A DNA stretch of 64,000 bases from Balanoglossus misakiensis. Taxonomy: Eukaryota > Animalia > Hemichordata. The translations under genes and the position numbers were made by a program. This document shows positions 39,730 to 52,708 of the stretch, piece after piece. Numbering within the stretch: position 1 is the first letter of the stretch; each line of letters begins with the position of its first letter. The notes under the pieces are model-generated. The model saw only the letters and a list, made by a program, of their open reading frames with translations, was not told where the DNA came from and ran no database searches. Where the stretch lies: contig CM082591.2 of assembly GCA_040954595.2 (NCBI GenBank), positions 4,511,957 to 4,575,956 of the forward strand, read 5' to 3'.

Positions 39730-40818
39730 TAGTAATGTTTCCTAAATTTAAATGTAGAACACAATGAAGCAAATTTTAGATATAAGAAGTTCAATATCTT
39801 GGCAATTTAGCAGAACAGGCGTACATGGTAAGTGTGACAGTAGATGTGCCAGGCAGCCATTTATAAAAAGTAACAGACACATAGCCACCTGCAAAACTCC
39901 CATTTGCATGTCTCAAGGCACAATCCACATCAATTAGATCATATTTCTCTCAGACCTGGCATCTGCATCGATAGAAACATCAATAACGGAGGATATTTCA
40001 CCGTTTAGAGACCCCAGAGCCGTGTGAGTATATAAATCAATGGTAAAAGTCTCTGAGACTAATCATGCAAATTAGCGTGGCTGATCTACGACACTCCAGG
40101 TGTTTGTGTTGTGAAATTAAATATGCAAATTAGCACATGATGACCTCTTGGGGTGAATAGGTGTGTCGCACGCGTCTGTTCGTTTGACAGCAACCGAATG
40201 TTCTAAAAGGTTTTTGGCCGATGATATTTGCAGATTGTCTTTCGTCGAAAACATGCTGTAATATTTCAAGGGTGTATGCGCCAGACAAATATATCATTGT
40301 AAGCTATAAAATAAACGCAGTGTGGTGAGTAATAATAACTTGGAGTTAACAGTGCGCGAAAAGTAGTTTAAATGTGGAATTTGTATGCGTCGCCCACCGA
40401 GTCCTACCCGTGAGCCTGCGCAATTGAACAGTCCATGATATGACAACATGGGTAGAATCTATTCTACAGGGGTGTACAGCATCGAGCATGTGAGAGTTGT
40501 CTCTATGTAAATTTTTATGACACAGGGCAACGTCTCATGAGTATTGATTATTATTTCTACTCTATGCAATTTTTCGAAAGAATTTTTTTCTGGTGATTGA
40601 ACACGAGTAATTGCAGTAAAGTCGTTGTTTTTCATTGATCACCCTGCGGTGTGCCCCTCAGCCAGAGAACGGTCGCAATACGGCTGCACGAGGCCGGTGT
40701 TGTGTGTGTGACACATGCTCTCTCAATGGTGGGATAAAGAAATGGAGGAGGAAAAATGTGTGAGCAGCAGAATGCGAAACGAGGACGAAGGGTAAATATC
40801 TTTGCGTGTTTTCCTCCC

Positions 40819-40848
40819 GTACGGTTAGTCGGTGTACGGTTAGTCGGG
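40819..40848. repeat. 15-bp tandem duplication
   Basis: GTACGGTTAGTCGGT followed by GTACGGTTAGTCGGG. Confidence 0.85.
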
Positions 40849-43800
40849 TGGTGCAGTTCGATAGTTGTGCAGGGTTTGACACATAATCGGTCCAAAACAG
40901 AAGTCAACACAGGTGGTGGCTTGTTAACAGTTATGATATGCATGTAGTGTAAACAAAAAATTAATTGCGAATTAATATGTTAAATTTGTGTAGGTTTGGC
41001 ATATACGGTACAGCGGAGCTGTGTGCATGTTTATGATAATTCGTGGTCTGTTTACTACGTGAATATCAGATCGTCAGTATTGCGTCCCCGGGCACTGCTT
41101 TGTTAACCTTGACACTTTTCTGGCCAGGAATTTCAAAAATGCCAACAGACCCAAACCGCCAAGTGCCTGGTACTACTACTGCAGAGAAAAACCACCGTGA
41201 CCCCATCAGACAATTATACTGGGCTGCGTATTCTGACCGTTCCCCGAGGGACACCACTGCAAATTAAAGAATTCACAGGTGCCTTAAAAGATGCAAACGT
41301 TCCTCATTGTGCGCTAATTACACTAACATCGCGGATGGAAACCCCCTTAAAGGGAAAAAAACTCCAATTTGTTTGAAAATATCATTCTGTTAGAGACAGC
41401 AAGGGTTCCCCTTATATTTTGTGCTTTTGGAATCATCCAATGGTACATTTAGAGTGGACCAGTCCATCCTGTAGGGGAACTACGGGGAAAGCAGGTGGTT
41501 CATAATGTGTGAGTTAGTACAACAGGGAAATTGAACAAAGGAAAGTGTGAAGTGATGACCGATGATTGCTGACTGAGGGACACCATTAATTCATTCACGC
41601 GAGGGCCTCTTTATCATCTAGATACACCATTGAATAGCGCGAACAAATTGCATTTAGCAATTTGATTATTTGATTTTCCTGTACGCGTATCTCAAAGAGT
41701 CCTTTTATCGTACTGGTTGTGGAACAATACGTTAGCTTTTAAGAGCTGCGGTGAAATGTTGCAGCCGCTAACTGTGGATGCATCGGGGGGATAATTTAGA
41801 CGACGAAAATGCCAGCCATAGTCTGATGGTGCTGTGTGTGCTACTACGCTAATGTTAATCAAGTTAGAATGGGCGTCGGCAGTCCCTTGGTGAAGCAGTG
41901 TGAATATGAAGATGGTAATGTACTCTGCGTATAGAGCATGGCAACAATGCCCTCAATGCAGGTCGGTTCACTCAGGCTGGCCCACATAGCGTAATTTCTG
42001 CCTTATTCATGACGAAACAAATTAAATTAAATTAAATGTTACCAGTTTTACGTAGTAATGATTTTTTGGAGTGTGTATGATAAGGCTTGAAAAGTGGTGT
42101 TAATGGTGATTTTATATTTCCCAACTTACGACGCATTTGAGAGAGAATTTCAGGAGAAAGATTATTTATAGACCTTCTATGTGTTTGTATTGGTATATTT
42201 AAAGCAGCGGAGAATTGTGGGAGGTCAGAGGTCACAGTCATGGCATGCCTGGGGAAATGTCAACACCAGCGGGACAGGCCAAATTTCCTAGGTCATTTGC
42301 TTTCTGGAATTTCTTCGAGAATATCATGTTTAACTGTGTCACTATCACAAGCGCAGCCTTATTTAAATAATGGAAGGGAGTTAGGATTTACATGTTGATG
42401 ACCCACAAGATGTAAAATAAACAAAAATAAGCGATTTATATCCTCACTATCATAACTTTGTCTAAACTGTTCAATTTCCACTGGTCAAGGGGATTTTTTA
42501 AACAGAGGAAACATGAAATAAGCGATTAAACGTTACATCAATGTATTTTTTTTGCGGTTTGAATAACCATTGAAGCCTACCCCCAGTGTTATCAGTGAAA
42601 TATTGTCTATACATGAAAAGTAAGCTGTCTACACGTTCAGAACAGCTGACTTCAATTTTAATGGCGGATCGCTCCGCACCATCAGGCATGCATTACTTCC
42701 TCGAGACGTAGATCCCCACTCTAATGCATGTTCAAACGAACGCCGACAAACGAGGCAATTTCCACATACGGTATTACGAGAAAAGTCATAACACGAAAGG
42801 GGAAACTATTACATCACTGGGTAGTATCCTTCTTCATATTGATACACCACCTGGCATTAAGTGCAGCCTTTTTGATATTTTTATGCCCCTTGAGTGGGCA
42901 TCAAGCTTGGCTGGCTGTTAGCTTTTGCGTTTTCGTCGATATTTTTCTCGGCTCCTTGTCAACTTGAATATCACTTCACGATTCATAAATCTAGTAAACT
43001 TTAGCAGATTGTAAGCTGTGTACACATGTGATGAGTTTACGAGGTTATATCACTCAATTTCGCAGAAAAAGTGCGTGTAGAAATTTAATAGGTTTGAATT
43101 AATTTTTGTTCCTGGAAAATGTTGTCAACAGTACTCTGCAAGCTAATGTGAAAGGTAGACTTCACTCTGAAAACTATACACACACACACATAACTCAATA
43201 GCAGACCCGTTGAGCAATTTTGCAGTCCTGTCACGAAGCCATTGATTTACAAATGTAACTTAATGAAAGCCATCATGTTGTAAGATTACACTGTGATCAT
43301 TGGACAAACTCTTTAAAGTTCTATCGACTGATTGTTAGCTTTACTCATCTAGGCCGTTGGATGTGGTGTCGTTTCACAGACGGACGTGAGAAAAAAATGT
43401 TCGTGCGCGCAGTTGATGAAGTGCCGTTCTCTCTCAGAAATGTCTGTTAAAGCATGGGGGATTGATCTGTCAGAAGCATACTCATGTTGCTATTTGATAG
43501 TTATCCAATTCTTGCCGACGTTTACATGTATGTCTGTTTGTGTGGATTTGGATCTTCCTGTTCAAAATGGTGTAACAACTCTGGCCAGTCAAATGCTAAT
43601 CTCAGCGATCCTGAACACTAGTAGTATTCAATGTATTTGAGATTTGTAATTTTAACACTTGAAAAGCATACTGGGATTAATACCACTGTACAATGCCCTC
43701 AAGTGGTGACCTTTGTTGCTTGGGTCGTATGCAAATCTCCCCGCCGCTTTTCTCCTGAGCAGCAGACACGTTGCCTTTGGAGAGGTTTGTGGATGATGTC

Positions 43801-46800
43801 AGTGATGGATGTCGAGACATGTAAAGATCAGAAACTAGTGATCTGGAAATAGCCAAATTGATAGGAAATCCTTCAGAATGCGTCATGTTGTCATCAAAAC
43901 AAATAATTCGGTGCGGCTTTGTGGTTGGCGCGTTTCTCACCACGGCTAACCTAAGGGAGCAGCCACAACCGATTCAATTTCATTCATGTGTGGAATTTGT
44001 TTTCCGACGGCAGAATTTGAAATTCAAATGCGACACTTTGTTGCATGGATTTTCTTTAACAATTAATTTCAATGTAAAAAAAAAATCAGGCTTCAATTTT
44101 ACCTCTGCGACAGCAACGTGCTTATGCGAATGGCAATTACCTTGATTTGCATATTAGAGAGATAAAACCAATAAGAGATAGAAAGACCGAAATAAAGACA
44201 TGTTGAGGAATAATGAAGGAAGGCATAGAAAAAATAGTAACACCAGTTTAGAGCAAATGTAGAGTTACTGACAGAGATTGTAGCGATTCAGAAACATGAT
44301 ATGACTAAGTGTCATAGAGCAATCTAATGTTCACAAAAGTTTACTCAAACAACTTTAAAATGTGGAAGTATTTAAAAGTGGGTCCTTGTGTATTCCGAAT
44401 AACCCAATAAGTTATGTTTATGTAGCGTGAATGATGTTTATATTTCTGCAGACACGTGCGGCACGTTTTATGACGAGAAAGTTCAAAAGGTGGATAGTAT
44501 CACTGGCAGAATCTCTGTGTTCAAGCTTTTCAATTTATTGAATCTGTTTGATGGCACAGCTAATGTACGTCAGTGTCTTGTCCAACGCACGTCACGGACT
44601 GTGACTGTGTCGTGCGGCGATATAGTAAAACCAAACTGCCTGCTGACATTGGGTTTAAGATTGCCTCGTTCGCGTGACTGGTGATTATTAGAATCACACA
44701 CTACAAGTGTGTAAAATTAGAATTTGATAAACGTCGACAAAAAATTTCTTGCTTCAGAGTTTTCAATCAGTTGTCGTGATATCCTTTTGTGGTACAGTGA
44801 TTCCTGTAAATTTACTTACATGGTGACAGAAGGACCATGCCAAAAGAGAATGGTGTTACCCATTACTTCAAGTAGATATGTTCTTAGTGTGTTGCCTGTG
44901 TATGTATGTATCTAATTTTCTGCATTAGAGTCTTCCAATACTCGCTTTTACAAAATAACAAAAAAGACTTGTTTATGCTTCGACTATTACCTGAGTTACA
45001 GTTGCAGAATTGATCATAAAATGTTTACAGTGAACTTGAGGCAAATTTAAGTGTTTCTGAAGGGGTAATCACTTTAACCTTAACCTTAAATCATCAATAT
45101 ACCATGTATATAATTTGAAGTCTGATAAATGTGCTGTAACTTTGCCCATGATGTTGATTGAGGTTTATTCTCTGTGGAAAATATTTCTCTGGAAAGCTGT
45201 GTAGCATGTAATGTCATTAATTATCAGATATAATAATGCATATTTTCCAATTGCGCGGAGTTCATGCTAGCTGGTAATAATTTGTGATAAATGTACCAAC
45301 CATATGAACATTCATCAGCAATTTATAATTGTACCTCATGTTCTACATGTCAGATTGTGTTGTATGTGTGATTTTTATATTTGAAATATGGCTTGATGTA
45401 AACCGATTTAGAGCAATTACTGTTATGTTCTGGAGGACTGTTTGATTTGTTCAGTGATTTGCGCTTGTAGGTGCTCTGGTTTACTGACATAACTTCTGTT
45501 CTTGGGTGATTATTCATAAAGTTTGTCCATTCTGAGATTCTGAGTTCAAATCCCAAGTCTATTCCTTGTCGAGACAGTTGTAAGTTAAGCTGTTACCGAC
45601 GCATTGCCGTCAACTCCATTTGGACAGTACTCAACAAGATGCATGTCATCAAAACCATCAATTGATACTCGGTGCTTTTGTTGGTCGCCAACTGTTTCTG
45701 CTGTGAAAGCCACACCATTGAACGGGCAACAAAGTGCGCATAATAATGAGGCAGGCAGGGGTCGAAAGGTCGGCAGAAGTCGTGCAAAATCATCACCACG
45801 CTTCCCGCATGTCTAATGAGCGTGTGCGGTAAAGCCGTAAATCATGTCGCTATTATTAGCTGTGTAGCAAATTATCAATGAAATTTTAGTGGTTGGGGCG
45901 TCCCAGTAATGGTGGTAATATCTCTTTCATGCCCTGCCTGTCTTGAAATAATAACCTAGCATAATTGAAATACGTACCGTTCTGGGGGCTGTCCTGATGT
46001 GATGTCCATCCTGGGACTCATAATTTCTGCGGGGGAGAATATTTTGCAATTACAATGGAATAATGTGTTTCTCTTGCCAAATTAACTTAGCTCGTATTAG
46101 TTGCGTTTATCGTCTGGAAGTGTTGCGTTGTGCCAATCAAGACACAATTGCCAAGTTTGCGTATAATTCATGTGCTAAGTTACAGTCTGTTGGTTCATAA
46201 TGACTCAAGCTTCTCAAATCTTTCAAGTTGGTTGGACACTGCAATTGAAAATTAATGACGGATTCTGCAGACATTTGACTTATTTTTACATAAAGTCGAA
46301 CTGCTGGAACTGGAATCCATAATAATTTTGAGGATAATAATTTTGGAGACGAAGTTAGTTTTTTAGAAACAGTATATCCATAATGAATAATATGTTGCAG
46401 TTTGAAACCAGCTGCAGTTGTTTGTAGCAATAAAAGAGATGGATTGACTAAAATGTAACAAGTGGAACTTAAACACTGTATGCAAATGATAAACTGCATT
46501 GTGCTACAATGTATCAAAATAACAAAGCTTAGAGGGTGTGGCAGAAAGTGTTTCCATCAATTGTTACAATTTGGTCACACGTGTCTTCCATAGTGTTGCG
46601 TTATGACTTTTCAGTTGGTGTTTGTTTCTTCCAACCTGTTTCAAAGTGCGAATCGCGGCACAGTTTATATCTTGGGTTTAAATTTACTGAGTCTATGCAG
46701 TAGTCAAACCAGGAAATAGTGAAAATTATGAGGGGCAAAATATTATAACGTAGTAAAAATAACTAAGCTTGATGGTAGTACCGTTGAACAGGACAAAATA

Positions 46801-48330
46801 TTAGTCATGTTCCTATGTTCCGAGTAATAATCCATCTTCCTGCCACATCTGACAAGCATGTCAGAGGTCAGTCAATTTATTCATATTTCAGCATATTCTG
46901 TCTCAGATTTTGACAGGATTACAATTGAAATCAAACAGAAAGTCACTGAAGAAATTCATAAATTATAGAATTATAGAACTCACTTAAATCTTTTATCATA
47001 AATCATGGGAATCAAGTAATTTATTATTTTCATCATAATTCATGCTGTATGTCCACAAGGGATGATTGATTAAATTTATAATACTGTGTTTAAAATAATT
47101 TTGACGAATTTTTAGTGTACTCTTAGTAAATATTCATAAATGTCATTCATTTTATCAGTTAACACTTTTAGAATCCAAAGTTCTATTCTCTTTTCATATT
47201 TTAAAAATGTCTTAGCCTGTCTGATAGACACATTGAAATATTGAAGAGATAACGGATTTCGTTCACTTCGTTTTTACCTTTGCTTAGAATAATAGTCAAA
47301 GAGTCATTGGCCACTTGGTAGCTACTTTGTATGAGAAGATTGTTTTTAACCAATGATGTTCTGCCTTTTTAAACATGGCAGGATTATTGAAAAAGATGTG
47401 GGAATATTGTAAATGTTATCGGTTGTGAAATTCCCAGTGATAACATTGCGGGACGATAAGGAGAAATTTTATCAGGATCTAGGGACATGATAAAATATGA
47501 ATCATTGTCTGCGTATGCTGATGACAGGAAACAGTGGTGTTGTTGATATTCACAGTGCGAAATTATCTCACGTTAATGGCTATAAACTGTTCGTATGGAA
47601 AATAGCAACAGAGATGTAAATCAGATTCTTTGTCTGGGCAGAACTCCTGGTAAAGTTGTGACGTGTGTCCAAAGATGTAAATGTAATAGGTTAATATGGA
47701 GTGACGCATAGATGAAATATATAAACAATGTTCTGTACTCGCAAAATGTACATGGGCACTTAATCAGAATCGATCCCTTTTACATGGACAAATTTTACAA
47801 AAATACGACTCTTTGTGGTTGTTTTTGTTAGCGAGCATTTGTAGAATTCGAGAAAGATGAAAGAAAGTAATTCAATTATATGAACAAGATATGTCATTGC
47901 GTTTGATTCTGTTGTATTGCTCTTTAAAAATTACTGCGTGGTGACTATATTGTCAAAATGATGTGGCAGTCAATATTTTACAATCCTCACTTCAGAGAAG
48001 TAGTGTACGTACAATATAAACTTCGTAAGCAGTTCGTTTTGATTTGATGATTTTTTACCGGACATAAAACAGAAAACATTTATTTCTTACACATAAAAAC
48101 AAAATGAAAACTTACGAGAAAAAAATTCATGTATGTGGTAATATACCTTTACGAGTAATCATTCCACAACATTATTTACATGCATTTGATTGGTCACAAC
48201 TGTAGTAGCCATATTGTTTGACATGTGTTCTCCAAAGTTTATTATTATTAATGTGTAAGACATATAAGTTTTATTGTCATATTATAGAGTATGTAAAATA
48301 AAATTGTGTGTAAGCTGTCTGTACAAAAAG

Positions 48331-48381
48331 TATGGTGTAAAGAAAAATAGTGTAAAATATGGTGTAAAGAAAAATAGTGTA
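48331..48381. repeat. 27-bp tandem duplication (~1.9 copies)
   Basis: TATGGTGTAAAGAAAAATAGTGTA starts at 48331 and again at 48358. Confidence 0.9.
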
Positions 48382-49259
48382 TGAAAAAAAAAATTAGTTA
48401 TATGCTTGATCTGGTTAGGTCCAAAATAAAAATCAGTGTTACAAAATTGATCTTGTTGCATCAAAATCTCAAATATTTTGTTAGTTTGTTGAGCTGAATG
48501 ATATGCAAATTTACATCCAATGTTGCCATTTGCCATGGAAATCCATTCAGTTATGTTAACAAGTTGGACACTAGTCAGCAGCCATGTCAGGGCAGGATCA
48601 CTATGGCCGACGTGGCTAAAGTTTAATGGAAATATATTATGCACATCTAAATAGGTTGATGTGACAAAGACTCTATGACGCCATGATCAATGTGACAAAT
48701 TAGACACCTGGGAAGGGACAGAATTCGTACTTGATTGTTGCTTCCAAAAGATGTGATTACTCCTAAAGGGTAAAAGTGCTCACTCATGGATGATCAATAT
48801 CTTGTAATTGCCGTGATAATATCGTTTTCTCGGCACTCTGTGCGACGTTCGCACCATCATGTATTGTGCCCCTTTTGTATCGATTGATTAATATTGTACC
48901 ATTAGCCATTCGACGTGCCATCAAATTTGTGAAGAAATTTGATTTAACAAAATTACAACTAGAAGTTTGGTGATTGATTGTCTGGTGTAGTGTATCCCAC
49001 CAGACGAATCACCTCTTCACCAACTGTGGCCGCTGGTTTTGTCTTCGCTTGCAGTGACATTTAAAACACTGCCCTCACGATGTGTGGGCACGTCCAGAAT
49101 TATATTAGGGAATTGTACCCTGTTAACCCTGCTCAGCTTCGAGCTCTACTTAGCTTCTGGGCAACTCATTTGGCATTTTGTTAATTGTCCAGAAGCATTT
49201 TTGCTGTCAGGTTTGGAACATCTATTTTACAAAGTCTTCTAAACGAATATTTGCTCACT

Positions 49260-49406
49260 TGTGTACATACATGCATACAAGGATGTGTGCATATACATAC
49301 AAATTAATGCATGTGCACACATGTGTGTGTGCAAACGCACACACATACACACATTAAATAACTTTGCATAATGGTGCTTACATCCTACATGCCACCCACC
49401 CACCCA
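49260..49406. repeat. Low-complexity CA/TG alternating tract followed by a short (CCAC)n
   Basis: ATGTGCACACATGTGTGTGTGCAAACGCACACACATACACAC, then CCACCCACCCACCCAC. Confidence 0.75.
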
Positions 49407-52400
49407 CTTCTAATAACTAATGGTTCGCTCTAAATGCATGGAGCCCTGTGGAATACTACAATTCAGGGAGGGGTGAAAAGGCCAGGTTGCAGGATACGGC
49501 TGGTAATGAGTGTGAAGAGCCCACCTGCTGCACAGGAGCAATTTCTAAAATTGCTTTCATTGCATACATCGGCTTAGTCTTAAGCTTGTGGGCAAATCCT
49601 GGCGATGTGACTGTTAATATTTGCTCCTGACGGGTAGGCATTACTTAGGGGATCCTTTGCCATTTTGTTAGAGTCTGTTCAGGCAATTAGACTTGCATTT
49701 ATGTAATTGCGCGTAATGCGCTCATCTGAAATCAGTATTCATTTATTAAATTTTCATGTTTGTGAATGTCTTTAGCTTGCCCTTTTTCTCAGTTATGACT
49801 CAACTTTCTTTTAACTTCAAATGGAAACTTTTGTTTTGTATGTAAGAGAGATGAGGTTAGATTTGGGTTTTATGTTTCGAAATTACAAGCATATCATAAA
49901 CCAGGAGCAGGCAATTATTTGTCACAAAAGAGATAAGTTTGAAGAAGTATTTTTGATAGATGATTTGGTTTCAATACGAATGTTCATGTGAGCCAGAATA
50001 ATAGCAAAATCTGGCAATCAATTGTTATATTGTTTGGAACTGTTGTAACATTCCATACTCCTTTGTTATCATTATGTCTGATTATTTGAAGATTTCAACT
50101 TCTTTTTGAAACCTTACAGAATAAAAAAAAAACCTGATGGTTAGAAAAAAATTAAACTTATTGTCGGCAGTGGGCGTTTGATGTATTTGTTACAGCATTA
50201 GTTCTAAACGAGCTGGGAGACGCACCCATCTCACGCAGTTCACCAGGTTCCTTTAACAAACACCAGCAAGTTATGCAGCACGCGGTCTGGGAAGCAATGC
50301 GATAGCGTGCCAATTTTGCCAAACAAATCCACTTTGATTCCGTAAACTAGCGGAATAATGCGGAGAAGCAGGACACTTGAGGAATTGATGTCCGTTGTCA
50401 TAGAAACCGCAGAGAACACCTATTTTAATCAGAGCAAGAAGCTGGGTTGCCGTCGAGGTTAGACTACGAGAAAGTGAGTCGAACCACGTATGCCGTATCA
50501 AAAATTTAGGTAGCTATACTCATTCCTGTACACCTTAACTGTATCTGCGTCATAGTTACCACAGCTACGTGGCGCGGTTTTTGTCGACAGCTACCGGAGG
50601 GAAATTCTTCTCCTTTGATAGTACCGATAGAGGTGGAAAAAACATATATTAATCACGCATATGTTGGGTTCTCTGTTTGGGTGCAGCCAACGCACACGGA
50701 TTCGGTGTGCGTGTTCAGTTTTCAAGTGTTTAGGGGGATGAGTTCTCTCCCCAGGACAGAGACAAATCTGTTATCGTGGATGTGATTCAATCAACGGCCC
50801 CTGGGGATGGCTACAGGACACGATTGATGGAATGGGATGTGCCAGTATAGGTAGAGACTCTCCAAAGATAAAAAAGATTGTAATTTTTTGGTGGTCATGA
50901 CACCGACAGTTTGTGTAATGATTTGTGTCAGGAGTGGAGAGGTTAATGGCCGATTTGTGTATCTTTGTTCTTTCGGCACTCGATTCGACTGATAACCCGC
51001 TGAGAAAAGTTTTCGATCGCTGATCTACATCTTTGCTAGCCGTGTGGGGTTTATATTCGGGCAGGGATTCCCTTTTCTAAAAACATTCGGGGAGACTAGC
51101 AGGCCGACCTAGCCAAGCCATGTGGAGCAAACAATGGTTGCTAAACTAGAAGCAGTGGGCATCATGTATTTTGGAGTACATTCTGTTATATGTAAGTCTT
51201 ACATTGACAATTCAAATAAATTTCCGATCAGCAAGACAGAATATGTTGAGTTTTTGGTAAAATTCCACCAAGTGTGCGTTGTCGTCTGCACAGCCTGGAG
51301 CCCATGATTGTTTTGCCAACGGTTCCATTAGCGTAACATCGTCAAAGTATTTGCTTTGTGTGCAATTACTATGATTATCTGCCTGGCAGTCCGGCAGAAT
51401 ACATAAACTAAACCCATATGACTTGCATCAAGGTAATTATGACATCACTTGGATGCTGTGAAACTTTAAGCATCTTACTCACGCTGAGAATTGGGAGATG
51501 TCGATTCTAATTACCATGGCGACAGCTAGTGCAATGCAGTTGATGAAGAAGAGTTGGAAGTCCAGACTACAGTGTTAAATCTTAAATATTTAAATAAATA
51601 TAAACTTTAATTGAAATTGAATTTTTCACTAAATACTATGTAAATTTTCGTCAGAAATTTAGTAATAACCCCCTAATCTGTGTACACTAATATTATCCAA
51701 AAGTGAATGAAAAAAATGCACTTTGAATGTGGTGGCAGGAAACCGATATCAGTTGATGCCTTCACAGTAACTATTTCATCATGTTTTCTTTGACTTTAAT
51801 AGTTCTGCAAATGGTAATTGATTCAGAGAGTCATTAAATCGGCTACTTTGGGGCGATGTGATTTTATGTGCAGTCGGCATACAAGGAACATCTTGCCAGG
51901 ATCATTTTGAATTTCCCCGGCACACTTTACTGTGGAAACCTCTTTAAAATTTAAATCAGTGGATATTTTTGTACTTGTGCAAACCTATCAGGGTGGTTTT
52001 AATGGTTCGTTTGTTTCAATTTTATGTCCGTATGGCATGTTATCGTGCGCAATTCTTTAACATGCTAATGTTTTGTTGGGAACAAGCATGTAGGAAATAG
52101 TCGGTTATATGAAATTTCTGAATCGGAGTGAGTGAACCATTTGCAAAGTCTTTAGAAGCAGGAATGGTATTTCAACCTTCTGAATTTTGGCATTTCTGAT
52201 CTTTTTTGTCTAATGTCTGATTTCATGGCATAAAAGATTAGTTTTACACACTTCCCCACTGATGTAATGTCATCTGGTTTTTGAAACAGGAAAATAAAAG
52301 TCGCAAATGAAATCGAAACTGAAATTCGGAACATAAAACTGTGGCAATGAAAGAGAGGCTATTTGTATGTCGTATAATGGAATGGAAACTTTGTAGCAAA

Positions 52401-52693
52401 GATCTGCAACAAAGTCAGCCATTTTGAAACAGACGAGGATGAAAACAATTGCCGGAGAAAAGTGACAAATTTAGCTTTTTTTCCGGGCAACAAAAGGTCA
52501 GAACCAGAAAGAAACTTGGCTGATAAAATCTGACAGGCAAGGGAGATAAATGCGCACGTCGTTTTAGGGTTCTTTTCAAGCGAACGACGCGAAAGGTGGC
52601 AGAGAGCGCGTGTTCAATTGAAGTTGATTTGAACGAAGTGAATATGATGACGTTTGGCACCGATCATAATGACACTTACTAAAATCAATTGCC

Positions 52694-52708
52694 CTTTGTT
52701 ATGCAAAT
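52694..52708 (+). promoter_or_regulatory. Canonical Sox-POU (sox-octamer) composite motif
   Basis: CTTTGTTATGCAAAT is an exact match to the CWTTGTYATGCAAAT composite consensus. Function is inferred. Confidence 0.5.

Noticed and set aside
44134-44267. Minus-strand AG-free tract ending in AAG|GTAATT
   Set aside because: The AAG acceptor is weak. Similar AG-free tracts occur on both strands (also 311-436), consistent with chance.
45074-45089. (TTAACC)2 as an interstitial telomere-like repeat
   Set aside because: Only two units, and not the TTAGGG motif.
45541-45556. B-box-like GAGTTCAAATCC as a tRNA or SINE
   Set aside because: No A-box at suitable spacing and no cloverleaf.
50641-50712. Two small adjacent hairpins (7-bp and 8-bp stems) as terminator or ncRNA
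   Set aside because: Stems this short are common by chance, and there is no U-tract or gene context.
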